Under the pieces are notes generated by a model. The model ran no database searches. It had not been told where the DNA came from and saw only the letters and a program-made list of their open reading frames with translations. Source: a virus (lineage: Duplodnaviria; Caudoviricetes). Taken from it: 64,000 nt of DNA. The translations under genes and the position numbers were made by a program. Location: positions 1 through 64,000 of IMG/VR virus record IMGVR_UViG_3300020049_005939; one strand, written 5' to 3'. This document shows, one piece after another, positions 26,780-37,997 of the stretch. The first letter of the stretch is position 1, and each line of letters starts with the position of its first letter.

Positions 26780-28600
26780 TTATTTCTCTTCCTTACCAAA
26801 GATGGCCTCGCGAGCCTTTGGGTTCTGTGATATACTAAAAATAGCAGCGTTTACTTTGCCCTGATCGCCAACTTGTAGCGCATCGGACAGCATTCTACTT
26901 AGGTTCTCCATACCAGAAACAGTACCTAATTCAGTACCAATTTCGGATAGTTTTTGCTTTGGAGCATTTGTTAAAGTTCTAACTTTGTTTTCTCCAGATT
27001 TAACTACTAATCCAACTTTGTTGGCAATACTGTAAGGAACACCTTTACTTACTAATGTTCCAAGTCCAATTTCTTTAACTGGGTTAAGACCGGATTGTCT
27101 GTTTACACCAGCAATGTACTGAGCAATTGCAGCTTGGTCACTAGATTTTTGAAACCCTTTACCTAATTCCTTTACGTCGCCAAAGTTTTCAGCTACAATA
27201 GGATTAGTTTCTGATAAACCTGAAATGTTTTCTTTTAATTGGTTTAATAGATGTCGTTTTTTAGCTGAATTGTATCCAGATAGTCCAGCTTCTTCGATAG
27301 GACTTTGAATGGATTGTTGAAGTTTAAGGTCTGGGTTTTTTAAACGACCAAAACGAACACCACTAATCTCGGGGTCAATACCTTTACCAATTAATGTCTC
27401 TGGAACCATCTTACGAAATTCGTCAAATTGTTCAAAAGCTTGTTTAATTTTAGGATCAGTCTTAAGAGTGGAAACAATACCCTGTCTAAAGTCCGTTAAT
27501 AGTTTACGGGTCTTATTAGCTGAAGTACTATTGTCACCTCTTAGTGAACCAAGCATTTCGTCAGTTTTATCTCTAACGCTTAATAGTTCTTCAGGAGTAA
27601 GTTGTTTAGCTTTAACTTTACTTAGCAAGTTGGCAGCGTCCGGGTCGCCAAGAAAGGCGGGATTTTTCATTAAGTTATCATCAAGAGCAGATGACATAGA
27701 CTCAAGTTCAGGACCAATGTCAAACATTCGATTAGCGTCCTGGGCTTCTTTAACCGCATTACCAACCCGTTGACCAAGCATGTCGTCAGTTTGGGTAATC
27801 TTATCCATCAAAGACTGTGTGGCTTCAGTGGGTCTATTCAAGAACCCTTCCCCACGTCCCACATCTTTAGCAATGTTTGTTCCGGCTTTACCTTCTTCGT
27901 AAGAAGCTTTTAGCTGTCTTAAAAAGGGTGCATCTTCTACAATACCGCTACCCATTTTACCCAGGTTCTCTACTCCCCTTTTAGCAGATCCTAGTCCAGA
28001 AGCAACACCGGAAATGGCAGCGCCCCCAGCACCAGCAATAGCAGCTCCTTGAGCCATGTCAGGAAGCATTCCCATGCCTTCTTGTTCAGAGCTTCCAGCT
28101 CCTTCAATAGCGCCAATGGGAGCCATTTCTAGAGCACTTGCGGCCATACGACCACCAATGCCTGATTCTAAAGCAGCACCCATCGCAGGGCTAAAGCGAG
28201 CGGCTAATCCAGCAGCAGCTTCTCCAGAACCAACCCCAGGCATAGCAACAGCAGGTAGCACGCTTCCAGCAACTAATCCTGTAGTGTAGGATGCTGGGTT
28301 AGCTTTTTCAGCTTTTTTATACTTTTCTCGTTCAATATCACGATAAGTAGAATAAAGTTTAGCCAAATCCTGCATTTCATTTTCAGTGGTTCCAACGTCG
28401 TAAAGAGCTTTAGCTCCACCTGTTAGCTCGTCGGCAAACCCCGCCGATGCTCCCTGAGCAGCGCCCATCATGGCAGATTCAGCCATAGGCATACCACTGT
28501 CAGCTTCAGCTTGACGTTCAGTGTAACCTTTAGTTTGATCAAACTTAGGCTTATCTAAAACTTGAAATGGTTTATTCGGATCAAACTTGGGTTTGTCCAT
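26780..28600 (-). CDS. Internal virion (ejection) protein
   Basis: Starts with KFDPNKPF repeats; Ala/Gly-rich; podovirus gene order. Confidence 0.6.
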   Translation of the reverse strand: MDKPKFDPNKPFQVLDKPKFDQTKGYTERQAEADSGMPMAESAMMGAAQGASAGFADELTGGAKALYDVGTTENEMQDLAKLYSTYRDIEREKYKKAEKANPASYTTGLVAGSVLPAVAMPGVGSGEAAAGLAARFSPAMGAALESGIGGRMAASALEMAPIGAIEGAGSSEQEGMGMLPDMAQGAAIAGAGGAAISGVASGLGSAKRGVENLGKMGSGIVEDAPFLRQLKASYEEGKAGTNIAKDVGRGEGFLNRPTEATQSLMDKITQTDDMLGQRVGNAVKEAQDANRMFDIGPELESMSSALDDNLMKNPAFLGDPDAANLLSKVKAKQLTPEELLSVRDKTDEMLGSLRGDNSTSANKTRKLLTDFRQGIVSTLKTDPKIKQAFEQFDEFRKMVPETLIGKGIDPEISGVRFGRLKNPDLKLQQSIQSPIEEAGLSGYNSAKKRHLLNQLKENISGLSETNPIVAENFGDVKELGKGFQKSSDQAAIAQYIAGVNRQSGLNPVKEIGLGTLVSKGVPYSIANKVGLVVKSGENKVRTLTNAPKQKLSEIGTELGTVSGMENLSRMLSDALQVGDQGKVNAAIFSISQNPKAREAIFGKEEK

Positions 28601-29916
28601 TATTCGTATTCTCCGGTAGCTTCGTTTAGAGTGTAAACATGGCCACCTTGTGTGACAGTTTTAGGTTTATTTAAAGATTGGGGTGATTTAGGTTCTTGAG
28701 AAGGAGATGACATATCTCTAAATTCTTCAACATCCTTACCAGATTTTTGAAGATTATTTAATTTAACATTCTTCATGCTTTGCACTTCTTTTACGAAGGC
28801 TTTAGCTTTAGATACGAAATTGTCATATGTGTCGGTTGATCTAGGTAAGTTTGCTTCTAAACGAGCAATCTCTTTCATGCCTGCCCCTGCACCAGTAATT
28901 AATTTTCTATACGCATCTTGCATTCGACCTATTGTTGATCTAAATGCGACTTGTTCCGATGGAGTTAACATGTCTGGTATGCGACCATCGACCGGACCAA
29001 CCCATTCGGATTTATCTCCAAGAGATTCTAAAACATTTTGCATTTTAGTAGCAGACTCATCAAATTGTGAAATTTCTTCCACTTGTTTAGGATTAAGTTG
29101 AGCTTGCTTTTGGTGAACTTCATCTTGTCTGTCACGCTTGGCATCCATACGTTGCATAAGGGCTAATGCAAGATTTTGTTGTTTCGCTAGGCGATCATCT
29201 TGACGAATTTGTTGCTGAACAGCAGCAGGTAAAAGCTTTTCACCTATAGCAGCAGTGAAGTCACCTTTAACATTAACTCCGGTTCTAGCTAAATAATTTT
29301 TATACGCTTTTGAAATAGCACTATTAGGATCAAACTTTTGTTGCTCAATTTGTTTTTCAAAATCAGTAACAATACTCTGAGCTTGTTTAATATTATTATC
29401 AAATTGTCGAAGAGCTGGTTCGCTAGGATTTGCCATCGCGATACCCGCACCAACAATAGAAGCAGATGCTCCTAATTGATTAGCAAGAGTAGCAATGTTT
29501 TTAGCTTTTTGAGCTTCGATTAAATGATCAACACTTCCCCTGTCGTCTTGACCCACATCAATACTGATAGGTTTAGATTCTTGTGGTTTAAGAAGTTTCA
29601 TGATACGCTCCATCGAGGTATCTTGAACTTCTCTATTAGAAGGAGGTGCTACTGGAGCTTGGGGAGGGGGTAAAACTTGTTCATCCAAAGGCTGTAAAGA
29701 AGGTTGTGGAGAAGGTGCCCTAGCTTGGAGAACAGGTTCTTGAGGGACTTCAATAGGAAACCCTTGACTTACCGAAGATTGATTCATGTAAGGAGCTAAA
29801 GGATTAGCTTCTTCTACAGGTTGATTAACAACAGCATTTGGATCAAAGGCTTGTTGTATTTCAATTGGTAATTCATCTTCTTCAAATCTATTGAGAAATC
29901 TATTGTAGTCGGCCAT
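28600..29916 (-). CDS. Internal virion (ejection) protein
   Basis: Helical Q/K-rich; C-terminal G..Y...E..GEYE; gene order. Confidence 0.6.
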   Translation of the reverse strand: MADYNRFLNRFEEDELPIEIQQAFDPNAVVNQPVEEANPLAPYMNQSSVSQGFPIEVPQEPVLQARAPSPQPSLQPLDEQVLPPPQAPVAPPSNREVQDTSMERIMKLLKPQESKPISIDVGQDDRGSVDHLIEAQKAKNIATLANQLGASASIVGAGIAMANPSEPALRQFDNNIKQAQSIVTDFEKQIEQQKFDPNSAISKAYKNYLARTGVNVKGDFTAAIGEKLLPAAVQQQIRQDDRLAKQQNLALALMQRMDAKRDRQDEVHQKQAQLNPKQVEEISQFDESATKMQNVLESLGDKSEWVGPVDGRIPDMLTPSEQVAFRSTIGRMQDAYRKLITGAGAGMKEIARLEANLPRSTDTYDNFVSKAKAFVKEVQSMKNVKLNNLQKSGKDVEEFRDMSSPSQEPKSPQSLNKPKTVTQGGHVYTLNEATGEYE

Positions 29917-29918
29917 AA

Positions 29919-31016
29919 TTATCCGCCGCCGTATGCTTTACGGTCTAGTTCGTTTTGTCGTTCTTGCCACGCTTGTTGATCTGCGGCTCTTTGGGCAGCG
30001 GCAGCGTTAGATGCTTCTCCCGCTGTTTTAGTAGCACTAGCTGCGTTCTGTTGTCCAACAAACCCAGCCCCAGCGCCAGCAGCAGATCCAACTCCTGATC
30101 CAATGTTAGACCACATCTGACCAGTTTGAGCAGCTCTTTGTTGTGCAACATTAGCGGATTGATTTAATGCCCCAGCTAATGCCCCACCGCGTGCTAATTG
30201 GCTTTCCCAGTTCATTTGCTGACCTTGCATTTGTCTAGCTTTTTCGGAATTTTGAGCTTGGGTATTACGATTCATAATATCTTGAAGATTAGTTAAATTA
30301 AATTGTTGAGCTTGATTTTTAGCTCCAACATTTCTTGACTGAACTCCAAGTTGATTTTGTACATCAAACTTTCTAAATTCGTCAGCAGCGCCTTCGCGAG
30401 CCTTGTTAATATCAAATTCTTGTCCTCGGATTTGACTACCAAGAGTACCAGAAGCTTGTAAAGCCTGTAAAGCTCTTTGTGAAGCTTGTGCTCCGATTGT
30501 GTCGGATTGTTCCGAAGCTTGTTGAGCGCCAGCTTGTGCATTAGACAACTGTGCAGCTAGGTCAGCCCCAGATCCACCAATACCACGGGCTTGCATGTTT
30601 TGTTGAATTTGAGCAGATTTAGCTTGCATGTCTTGCTGCACTCTAGATCTAATTTGATTTAGTGCTGCGCGATCTTCGGGACCTAGACCAGTCACTCCGC
30701 GTTTACTAATAAGATCCAAAGCTTTCATCTGAGCTTCTCGTAAAGCTGGATCTTCTTTAATCTGTGATACTCTAGATACACCAGCATCGATATTTTGTTC
30801 TAATTCTGGTGTAAGAATACCCGCTTGTCTATATTCATTAAGAATAATTTGTTTAGACAAATCAGGAGGAGCACCGACTGCTTCAATGCTTTTTAATGCT
30901 TTATCATTAGCAGCTTGTGCTTTCTTCCTGTCGGAAGCAGAAGACATGTTGCCAATAATTCCACCTAAAATTGGTGCTACAACTGCTGCGCCGATCAGCG
31001 CCCCGCCTAATGGCAT
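29919..31016 (-). CDS. Internal virion / DNA-transfer protein
   Basis: N-terminal hydrophobic Gly/Ala helix; Q/A/G-rich. Confidence 0.65.
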   Translation of the reverse strand: MPLGGALIGAAVVAPILGGIIGNMSSASDRKKAQAANDKALKSIEAVGAPPDLSKQIILNEYRQAGILTPELEQNIDAGVSRVSQIKEDPALREAQMKALDLISKRGVTGLGPEDRAALNQIRSRVQQDMQAKSAQIQQNMQARGIGGSGADLAAQLSNAQAGAQQASEQSDTIGAQASQRALQALQASGTLGSQIRGQEFDINKAREGAADEFRKFDVQNQLGVQSRNVGAKNQAQQFNLTNLQDIMNRNTQAQNSEKARQMQGQQMNWESQLARGGALAGALNQSANVAQQRAAQTGQMWSNIGSGVGSAAGAGAGFVGQQNAASATKTAGEASNAAAAQRAADQQAWQERQNELDRKAYGGG

Positions 31017-31017
31017 A

Positions 31018-31407
31018 TTATACTAACCTTCCTAAATGATAATACTTCTCTGGAGCAGGGTTTAGTCCGACTTCCATGAATAAGTCTCGAAGAGAATCTC
31101 TTGGAGTAGAAGTGAGAATAATCTCAGCCCCTAATTGTTTTGCTTCTTTATCTAAAAAATCAATAAGTTCTTTTAAACTTTCTTTTCTACTAACTTTATC
31201 CGAGTCAGGGTTGACCATAAGACCTTCAATCCAATACATCTTACTGTCGCCCATTTGAAACAAACAACCGAAAGCTTCGGGTTGCCCATTCTTTTCATTA
31301 ACAAAACTTAAACTAGTTAACCAGCTAACTGGAGTAACGGGTAGCTCCCATTTCACTGCCCACGAAGCCAACATTGAGTGGTCTTGAGTTAAGAATGGTC
31401 TAATCAT
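31018..31407 (-). CDS. GNAT-like acetyltransferase-fold virion-region protein
   Basis: Size, WIEGLMVNP strand and position between the nozzle and ejection genes. Confidence 0.5.
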   Translation of the reverse strand: MIRPFLTQDHSMLASWAVKWELPVTPVSWLTSLSFVNEKNGQPEAFGCLFQMGDSKMYWIEGLMVNPDSDKVSRKESLKELIDFLDKEAKQLGAEIILTSTPRDSLRDLFMEVGLNPAPEKYYHLGRLV

Positions 31408-32780
31408 TATAACCCATCTCCATAGCCACGTTGAGCACCACGGTTGTAATGTGCAGCGATATCTCCAGCTCCAAACCTATTAAACTGATCCATATTAAAC
31501 CCTAATGTACCAGATTTATACGCTTGGTAAGAATCTAGAGGGTTAGTAAATTCTTGAGTTCCGCCACCCAATCTAGCTAAAGCATTTAATTGTGCTCTTT
31601 GTAATTGATTAGAAAGTCCGCCCCGGTTAATATTTTGAGCTTCAGATGCGCTAAATCCACCTAAAACACTTTGTCCTAAAGCATTTAAATCGATAGCATT
31701 AATTTTATCTTTAGCTTGTTTAAACTCTAGGTTAGCGTAACGAGCATCTTCCATTCTTTTTTGAATTTCTTGATACCCAGGATTATTAGGACCAATTCCG
31801 CGTTTTTTTAATCCCTCTAGTTGGTCCCAGTAATTACGGGCGTTATTTTCAGAGTCGGTAATTTTTTGATCGATACCAGAAGTCCCCATTTTTTTAAATC
31901 CAGAGACTAAATTGTAATTACCTCTTAAAGTTGAAATTTGGTTTGGATCTATTAAACCGGACTGAGCGGCAGCATTGATTGCGCCCAATACATCCCCACC
32001 TTTAACTTGAGCATCAATGTTAGCCCAAGCGTTTGCTCTAGCGTCTTCTTGCTGCTTAGCTGTTTGCATTCTAGTGTTAATGTATTGGTTTAATGGGTTT
32101 TCAATACCACTAATACCGCCAACTACTTCTTTTCTAAACTGTTCACCAGTGTCAGCGTAGTGACCGCCTAAGGCGCTTGCTTGCTGTTCAGCAGCTCCGA
32201 CCTTAGCATCAAGTCCAATGGTTTGTCTTCGAGCTTGTGCTAATTGATTACTTTTATCTTGATTTAAAAGCGTGGAGTCAAAACTTTTAAGTCCTTGATT
32301 GTAACCTTGGTTTCCACCAACATACCTGCTCAATAAATTTTGACGACCACCAGAGCTAGTGGTTTGTTGTCCAAGATTTTCAGCTTCTTGAGCGGTACCC
32401 CGAAGTTGGTTCACGTTAGCAACAGCACCAAGATTTAAAGGTCCTTTATAACCACCTCTAAATACACCAAACTTTTGCTCAGCATCACCCATTTCTTGTT
32501 CATTTAGAAGATTTCCACTTCCAATACGACTCAAGACGTTCTGAGAAATCTGTTTATTAGCATCGGTGGCTACGTTACTTTTAGTGGCCTGCTCATTAAA
32601 CTGGGTTCCAGCTTGTTGAGTTTGTTGCTTATTTTGTTGAGCTTGACCAGAAATGTTACCACCAATAGTGGACGCAAGTCTATTCTGTTTATTAGCGTCT
32701 AAAATACGTTGAACATTAGTAAATCCGGTGCCTTGTTTGGACTTAGGATTGACTTGATTTGGTTGGATTATATCGGCCAT
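31407..32780 (-). CDS. Putative internal virion protein
   Basis: Q/N/G-rich; GFTNVQRILDANK motif. Confidence 0.5.
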   Translation of the reverse strand: MADIIQPNQVNPKSKQGTGFTNVQRILDANKQNRLASTIGGNISGQAQQNKQQTQQAGTQFNEQATKSNVATDANKQISQNVLSRIGSGNLLNEQEMGDAEQKFGVFRGGYKGPLNLGAVANVNQLRGTAQEAENLGQQTTSSGGRQNLLSRYVGGNQGYNQGLKSFDSTLLNQDKSNQLAQARRQTIGLDAKVGAAEQQASALGGHYADTGEQFRKEVVGGISGIENPLNQYINTRMQTAKQQEDARANAWANIDAQVKGGDVLGAINAAAQSGLIDPNQISTLRGNYNLVSGFKKMGTSGIDQKITDSENNARNYWDQLEGLKKRGIGPNNPGYQEIQKRMEDARYANLEFKQAKDKINAIDLNALGQSVLGGFSASEAQNINRGGLSNQLQRAQLNALARLGGGTQEFTNPLDSYQAYKSGTLGFNMDQFNRFGAGDIAAHYNRGAQRGYGDGL

Positions 32781-32804
32781 TAAAAATCCCTATTATATAC
32801 TTAT

Positions 32805-32813
32805 AGTTGTTAA
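32805..32813 (-). promoter_or_regulatory. Late-promoter candidate TTAACAACT
   Basis: Same 9-mer recurs at 46688, 51792, 52847 and 60011, each time intergenic and upstream of a late gene. Confidence 0.55.
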
Positions 32814-32814
32814 A

Positions 32815-33228
32815 CTAACCCCAAGCTATTACTTTTATTCTATAATTCGTATTAGCTGTTAAACCCTTTATATTGTTGATTAAAACGTCATTATTGTTCT
32901 TATCGAAGCTAATACCGATACCACCAGGGGGGTAGGTCGTAGAGTTATCTAAGTTGTCAACTCTAATTACACTAAGCCCTTCCAGGGTAGTTTGGGTCGA
33001 ATCTAAAGAAATTGAAGGCGAACCTTGGGGGGCACCATTGGCATCAACTCTAACATCAAAAGTTTTAACCGTAGCTGAAAAGTTATCCTTAAGTGTTAAT
33101 TTTTTGTTAAGAGCATCAAAAAGACTTTCAATAGCAGAATTAATAGAAAACGATAGTTTTTCAACTAAAGGTTGAAAAGTAGAATCGTAATCCTGCTTCA
33201 TTAGTCTTTTAAAGCTACCAAGTTTCAT
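32815..33228 (-). CDS. Structural protein, tail region
   Basis: 137 aa, directly downstream of the nozzle gene. Confidence 0.55.
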   Translation of the reverse strand: MKLGSFKRLMKQDYDSTFQPLVEKLSFSINSAIESLFDALNKKLTLKDNFSATVKTFDVRVDANGAPQGSPSISLDSTQTTLEGLSVIRVDNLDNSTTYPPGGIGISFDKNNNDVLINNIKGLTANTNYRIKVIAWG

Positions 33229-36200
33229 TATCTGTAAGCCCTTGTCGAGATAGCCACATTACCCGTTACAGTAGCACCATACACTTCGTATTTTTCTCTT
33301 GCAACTGAATGTCTCATTCCAAATAATAAATACCTACAACGGATCATATTTCTAGGAACTAAAGTTCTAAACGGTGCGCCATTTGACCCGCCACCGAAGA
33401 AATGTTCACCAAAATTTTGATGACCAAATATACCATTACCATCCCCTAAGAAATCAACAGACGCTTCGCTTGGGATTAAATCGCTGCTATATGTTGCTGT
33501 AGCTCTAGTGAAGGCTTTATTTGCAAACATAATAGTACTTTCGTATAATTGCTTATCGGAAAGAGCATCCTGCATTGTAATAGGGGAATACTGGAATTCA
33601 GATTGAATAGCTTTATATATGGTAAATGCGCCTTGAATGTATTCTAATGTTAGATTTAATGTAATAGTTTTAGAAAATTTGTTAACACCAAATACAACCG
33701 CTTCTTGAATAGTGTCGTTTACATTAAGCATGTAATTCGAAAATCCAACCCCAAGATCAGCGTTTAATAGATTAATTAAATCATTAAAATTGGAACGCAT
33801 GTCGGAGAATGCCACTGACGTTGGTGATATAGCGGTGTATGTTGCGGCTAGAGTTGCTCCAGGTTGAGCTAGTCTTCCAGAGTCTAGAGATATTTTTGTG
33901 ATAAGAAGATCTAAGTTTGTATTTAGACTACCACCGGGAACCATTTTTAATATCGAGAAGTAGTTCGAATCAGATAGCAATCCATCAGTATCGAGCTTCT
34001 TTAACAACATATTAAATTCGTAAATAGATAAGAATTGCTCTTGAACAATCGAATCACCTATTTCAATATTATCAACATCAGAAAGAATGAAGGTGTTACC
34101 TAGTAATGAATTCTGTCCTAGGGTTGAGTCGTATTGTCTATCAGCGTAGTCTAATCTTGTGAATGATTTACGTTCAATCTCTGCGTTATTGATATCGCCA
34201 GCTCCTAAGTAGAGCCGATCATTAGGGGGATTTATAATCCCACAAGTGTTACTCTTTGTGATAGTCGTCCAAGAATTAGTTAGATTGTTGTACCTATAAG
34301 CAATAGTCGCTCTGACATCATCAGTTTTACTTACAGTCCAAACTATATAAGAGTTATCAGACTGATATCCGATACCCCATGTGGATGTTCTAAAATTTGT
34401 GTAGTTAGAAGAACCTAGTTTTAGAATTTCAGTATCGATCACCCTTGAGATGGCCCCGCCCACACCAGCTTCGCTGAGTTTAATAATTCCCTGCGTGGTC
34501 CATCCGTACAACTCGTTGTTACAGACATCAACACTATCATCAGCAATAAGGATACAAGAATTATCGAATAAGCTCAATACCCAAGGAGAAGTTTCTCCCG
34601 AAATACGATACAGTCCATCAGTTTTAAATACGAATAAACTATCTCTAAGTGGGAATATTCTTAAAATAGGTTGATCTTCTGAGCCAACGTCTAGATAATT
34701 TAATAAAGGGACTGCTTCTGGTTGCTGGAATTTAGAATAGTAAATTCTATTTTGTTTCTGTTCATTCTCAGAAGTGGAAGCATTGGTTGTGTTAATCAAA
34801 GCACCAGCAGTACCGGAGACAGTGATAGGACTTCCGATTCTAAGTGTGGTAGGACTTAAAACCGTAACAGTCCACACTCCATCAATATTGGGAGTTGAAT
34901 TGGAACCATCTATAATAATTTTATTACCAGAGACTAATCCATGTGCAGTTGATGTAGTGATGACCATTGTGGCCGCCGAACCTGTGGAAATTGTGCTAAT
35001 GACTACTTCTGGTGAAACGTCAGGATTGAAAGAAGATCCAGTGTTACTATTATTAGCGACCACATAAAAAGGATCAATACCTAAAACTCTTGCTTCAAAG
35101 AGAGCCTGACCAGGCACGCTTGTACTTGACGATAGATAAAATGCGTATGTTAGATCTGAAGGATTTCTATTAACCATCCGAACGAAGCTTCGCATAGTCT
35201 CATCTACGGCTCTAGCTGGAGAAGCTAGATCTGATAAAAGAACGTCTAAAGCTCCGACTGTGATTGTAGACACTGTAAATCCAGCATCCGATACAACTTC
35301 CGTTACTGAAGTAGATGGTCCATAACCTACGTTATATAAACTGAAAGTTGCTCCAGTTCCTAGAGTACTAAAATGAGCAGAAGGAATGGCCGCTTTAACT
35401 AAGGTTGCTACGGCTGAAGCAGTCTCTCCGCCACCTATATTAATTTGAATACCAATTTTATTAGCTAAAGCTGGATCAGTAGAGGCTGATTTTTTAAACC
35501 AAACATAATATTGATTTCGATCAAAAGCTGAATTTAATGTAAAATAATCACTGGTTCCAGCGGATACATACGCAGATCCAGCAACAACTGTAATATCAGT
35601 TTGTTGAGCACTTACTTTTTCCCCTGCTCCCGGTGTAACAGTTGAGAATGTGAATGGAGTAGTTTGATCGGAAATATTAGCGCAATCACCGAAGTCATTA
35701 TTAGTTATAGTGACATCAGCAGTAGTTGGAGTACCAGTCGTAGCTGTAAAATCTTCGGACACTGCCCCAATATATGCAGCGGTCTTGGAGGCTACCTGAG
35801 CAGCGGTATCAGCAGCTAACACGTAGACTTGAATACCAGTTCTTCCAGATACAGCGGGGTCAGTATTACCACCTTCAACATTGTACCAAACGTAATACTT
35901 ATTTAAATCGTTTGCACTATTCAAGAAGAAATAATCCCCAGCACCACTAGCAGTAAGACTCGATGCTACCGTGGTAGTTACTCGACTTACCTCTTGAACT
36001 CCAACAACAAATTTGTAGGTATTAGAAACAGTGCTATTGGCTATTGTAATAGTTGGAACAATACTCAAATTAAAATCAGCGATTAACTTAGACACACCCA
36101 ACAGGTTGAGTTGTCTTCTGTGTCTAGTGGTTGTGTTGGCGTAGAAAATAACACTTTTGAATCTATTAATGTCCTTAGCCAAAGGAGGAACGTCGTTGGC

Positions 36201-37994
36201 GCTTAGGATACCGTCACCGCTTTGGGGATTAGTATAAAGATTTGCGCCAGCGAATTCAGAAGGAGTCTGATCTTGGATGAGAACATGACCAGAATCTATA
36301 TCCGATTGAGTGGGGTAAGCTTCATAAACCAATTGAAGTTCATCGCTAGGAACTATATCACTAAATGATGCTGCTCCAGTAGCAACCGCAACTGGTGACC
36401 TATAGATTTGGTAGAAGTAATTAAGAGTTACTCCCTGAGGAATAGTGATATCTAAGTCCACAGTTGCGCTAGTCGTGGTTTCAATTGGTTGAATATATGC
36501 AACCGAATCAGCTTCAGTTAAATAAATAACTTTATTTATCAAAGCATCGGCAGCTACTGTTATAGCGCCGTTTCCGGCAGTCGTTGTGAATGTTAGGGTT
36601 GTGGCAGTAAGGCCGGTTACAACTCGTATTCCATTTACTGTCCCAGAGACAGGGGTAAATCCCGATAGATCGATAGATTGACCAGTTCTTAGATAAACCC
36701 TAGGGTCACCGGACGAGAAGGTAATGGTAGCAACACCAGCAGCGACGCTACAAGCGGCAGCATCGATGTTTAAGAAAGTAGTACCTGGGTCATCAGCAAT
36801 AAGAGTTTCCGTAGTTAAATTCTTTAATTCGGTCAAAATGCTGTCAAAATAATCTTGAAGAGCAACTAATTCAGCATCGGTAGAGGGGATAGATGGAACT
36901 GCTGGTTGAGTAATAGCTCTAAACGCTCCGTATTGGATTAATCCTGAACCTGGGTTAACCGTAGCTCCGTAATTAGCTCCAGTAAAGCTAAAGCTTAAAG
37001 AGGTGTTGTCGGAGGTTAGGACGGTTTGAGCACCGTTAAAAGCATTCCCTGGGGCTGTAAAACCATCGATATAGATCTTAGTAGTTGCTGGAACAATTAA
37101 TGAAGGGTTCCCTGATTCAAATGTGATGGTAACTACGTTAGATGTTAACGAATAGTTACCTCCCGCTCCAGTCAAATCGAGCACAGCGGAACCCGAATCG
37201 TTGGCAATCAGAATATCTTTATCTATTTTCTCAGCTAGAGAAATCAAATTAGTTCTAATCTGAGCATCGGAAGAATCGATGGGTAAAAACAACGAGGAAA
37301 TGTAATTTCCATCATTAATCAAACTGCCAGTTCTTTGTGAAAGAATATCAAGTTTAGATAATAGATTATTAAAGTCTCGAATTAAAAGACCCTGGAGTGG
37401 GTTATATATCTCAAGGCGTTGACTTGGAGTTCCTTGAATAAGAATATCATTATTGTCTTTAGTGTTCCAGAGAACTCTATAAGCAACTGCTCCATCTTGA
37501 GTGAGAAAGGATGATTTGCTACCAAGTTCAACATGTAGCTGACCAGTTAAGTCTAGAGCTTTAATCCCGCCAGCTTGGGTGATAAATCCATCAGCAGTAG
37601 ATAATTGATCGGCAGTCTTAGCTGATATTTTCTTAACACCATCTGAAGTGGTGAAATAAAGATTACCATTAGCTTCAATGTGTTTGATTCTAATGCCAGC
37701 TTCGGGTTCAGTGTAAGAACCAGCGAAAGTGCTCCACACCCCAGAGCCGTTGTCAAATATTAGTTTATCTTGGTAATGAGCAAGAATTCTCGCTCTATAT
37801 GCTATGAGCTGCTTGGCTCTATCTGAAGACGATCCAAACGTATCGCCATAGACTTTAAATCCCCGTCTAGGCTCAATCACGTTGTCACGTCTGATTACAA
37901 TATTAGCAGCTTTTCCTAGAGAACCATCTGGTAATTCTAGGTTGTTAGGAGAGGTAGTTAACCCTGCTGCTTTTAAATTGACAATACTTGGCAT
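33228..37994 (-). CDS. Tail nozzle / tail tubular protein with large insertions
   Basis: N-terminal A.NIVI.RD.VIEPRRGF, propeller-type RIYYSK..QPEAVP, LFVFKTDGLYRI; position after the adaptor. Confidence 0.7.
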   Translation of the reverse strand: MPSIVNLKAAGLTTSPNNLELPDGSLGKAANIVIRRDNVIEPRRGFKVYGDTFGSSSDRAKQLIAYRARILAHYQDKLIFDNGSGVWSTFAGSYTEPEAGIRIKHIEANGNLYFTTSDGVKKISAKTADQLSTADGFITQAGGIKALDLTGQLHVELGSKSSFLTQDGAVAYRVLWNTKDNNDILIQGTPSQRLEIYNPLQGLLIRDFNNLLSKLDILSQRTGSLINDGNYISSLFLPIDSSDAQIRTNLISLAEKIDKDILIANDSGSAVLDLTGAGGNYSLTSNVVTITFESGNPSLIVPATTKIYIDGFTAPGNAFNGAQTVLTSDNTSLSFSFTGANYGATVNPGSGLIQYGAFRAITQPAVPSIPSTDAELVALQDYFDSILTELKNLTTETLIADDPGTTFLNIDAAACSVAAGVATITFSSGDPRVYLRTGQSIDLSGFTPVSGTVNGIRVVTGLTATTLTFTTTAGNGAITVAADALINKVIYLTEADSVAYIQPIETTTSATVDLDITIPQGVTLNYFYQIYRSPVAVATGAASFSDIVPSDELQLVYEAYPTQSDIDSGHVLIQDQTPSEFAGANLYTNPQSGDGILSANDVPPLAKDINRFKSVIFYANTTTRHRRQLNLLGVSKLIADFNLSIVPTITIANSTVSNTYKFVVGVQEVSRVTTTVASSLTASGAGDYFFLNSANDLNKYYVWYNVEGGNTDPAVSGRTGIQVYVLAADTAAQVASKTAAYIGAVSEDFTATTGTPTTADVTITNNDFGDCANISDQTTPFTFSTVTPGAGEKVSAQQTDITVVAGSAYVSAGTSDYFTLNSAFDRNQYYVWFKKSASTDPALANKIGIQINIGGGETASAVATLVKAAIPSAHFSTLGTGATFSLYNVGYGPSTSVTEVVSDAGFTVSTITVGALDVLLSDLASPARAVDETMRSFVRMVNRNPSDLTYAFYLSSSTSVPGQALFEARVLGIDPFYVVANNSNTGSSFNPDVSPEVVISTISTGSAATMVITTSTAHGLVSGNKIIIDGSNSTPNIDGVWTVTVLSPTTLRIGSPITVSGTAGALINTTNASTSENEQKQNRIYYSKFQQPEAVPLLNYLDVGSEDQPILRIFPLRDSLFVFKTDGLYRISGETSPWVLSLFDNSCILIADDSVDVCNNELYGWTTQGIIKLSEAGVGGAISRVIDTEILKLGSSNYTNFRTSTWGIGYQSDNSYIVWTVSKTDDVRATIAYRYNNLTNSWTTITKSNTCGIINPPNDRLYLGAGDINNAEIERKSFTRLDYADRQYDSTLGQNSLLGNTFILSDVDNIEIGDSIVQEQFLSIYEFNMLLKKLDTDGLLSDSNYFSILKMVPGGSLNTNLDLLITKISLDSGRLAQPGATLAATYTAISPTSVAFSDMRSNFNDLINLLNADLGVGFSNYMLNVNDTIQEAVVFGVNKFSKTITLNLTLEYIQGAFTIYKAIQSEFQYSPITMQDALSDKQLYESTIMFANKAFTRATATYSSDLIPSEASVDFLGDGNGIFGHQNFGEHFFGGGSNGAPFRTLVPRNMIRCRYLLFGMRHSVAREKYEVYGATVTGNVAISTRAYR

Positions 37995-37997
37995 ATA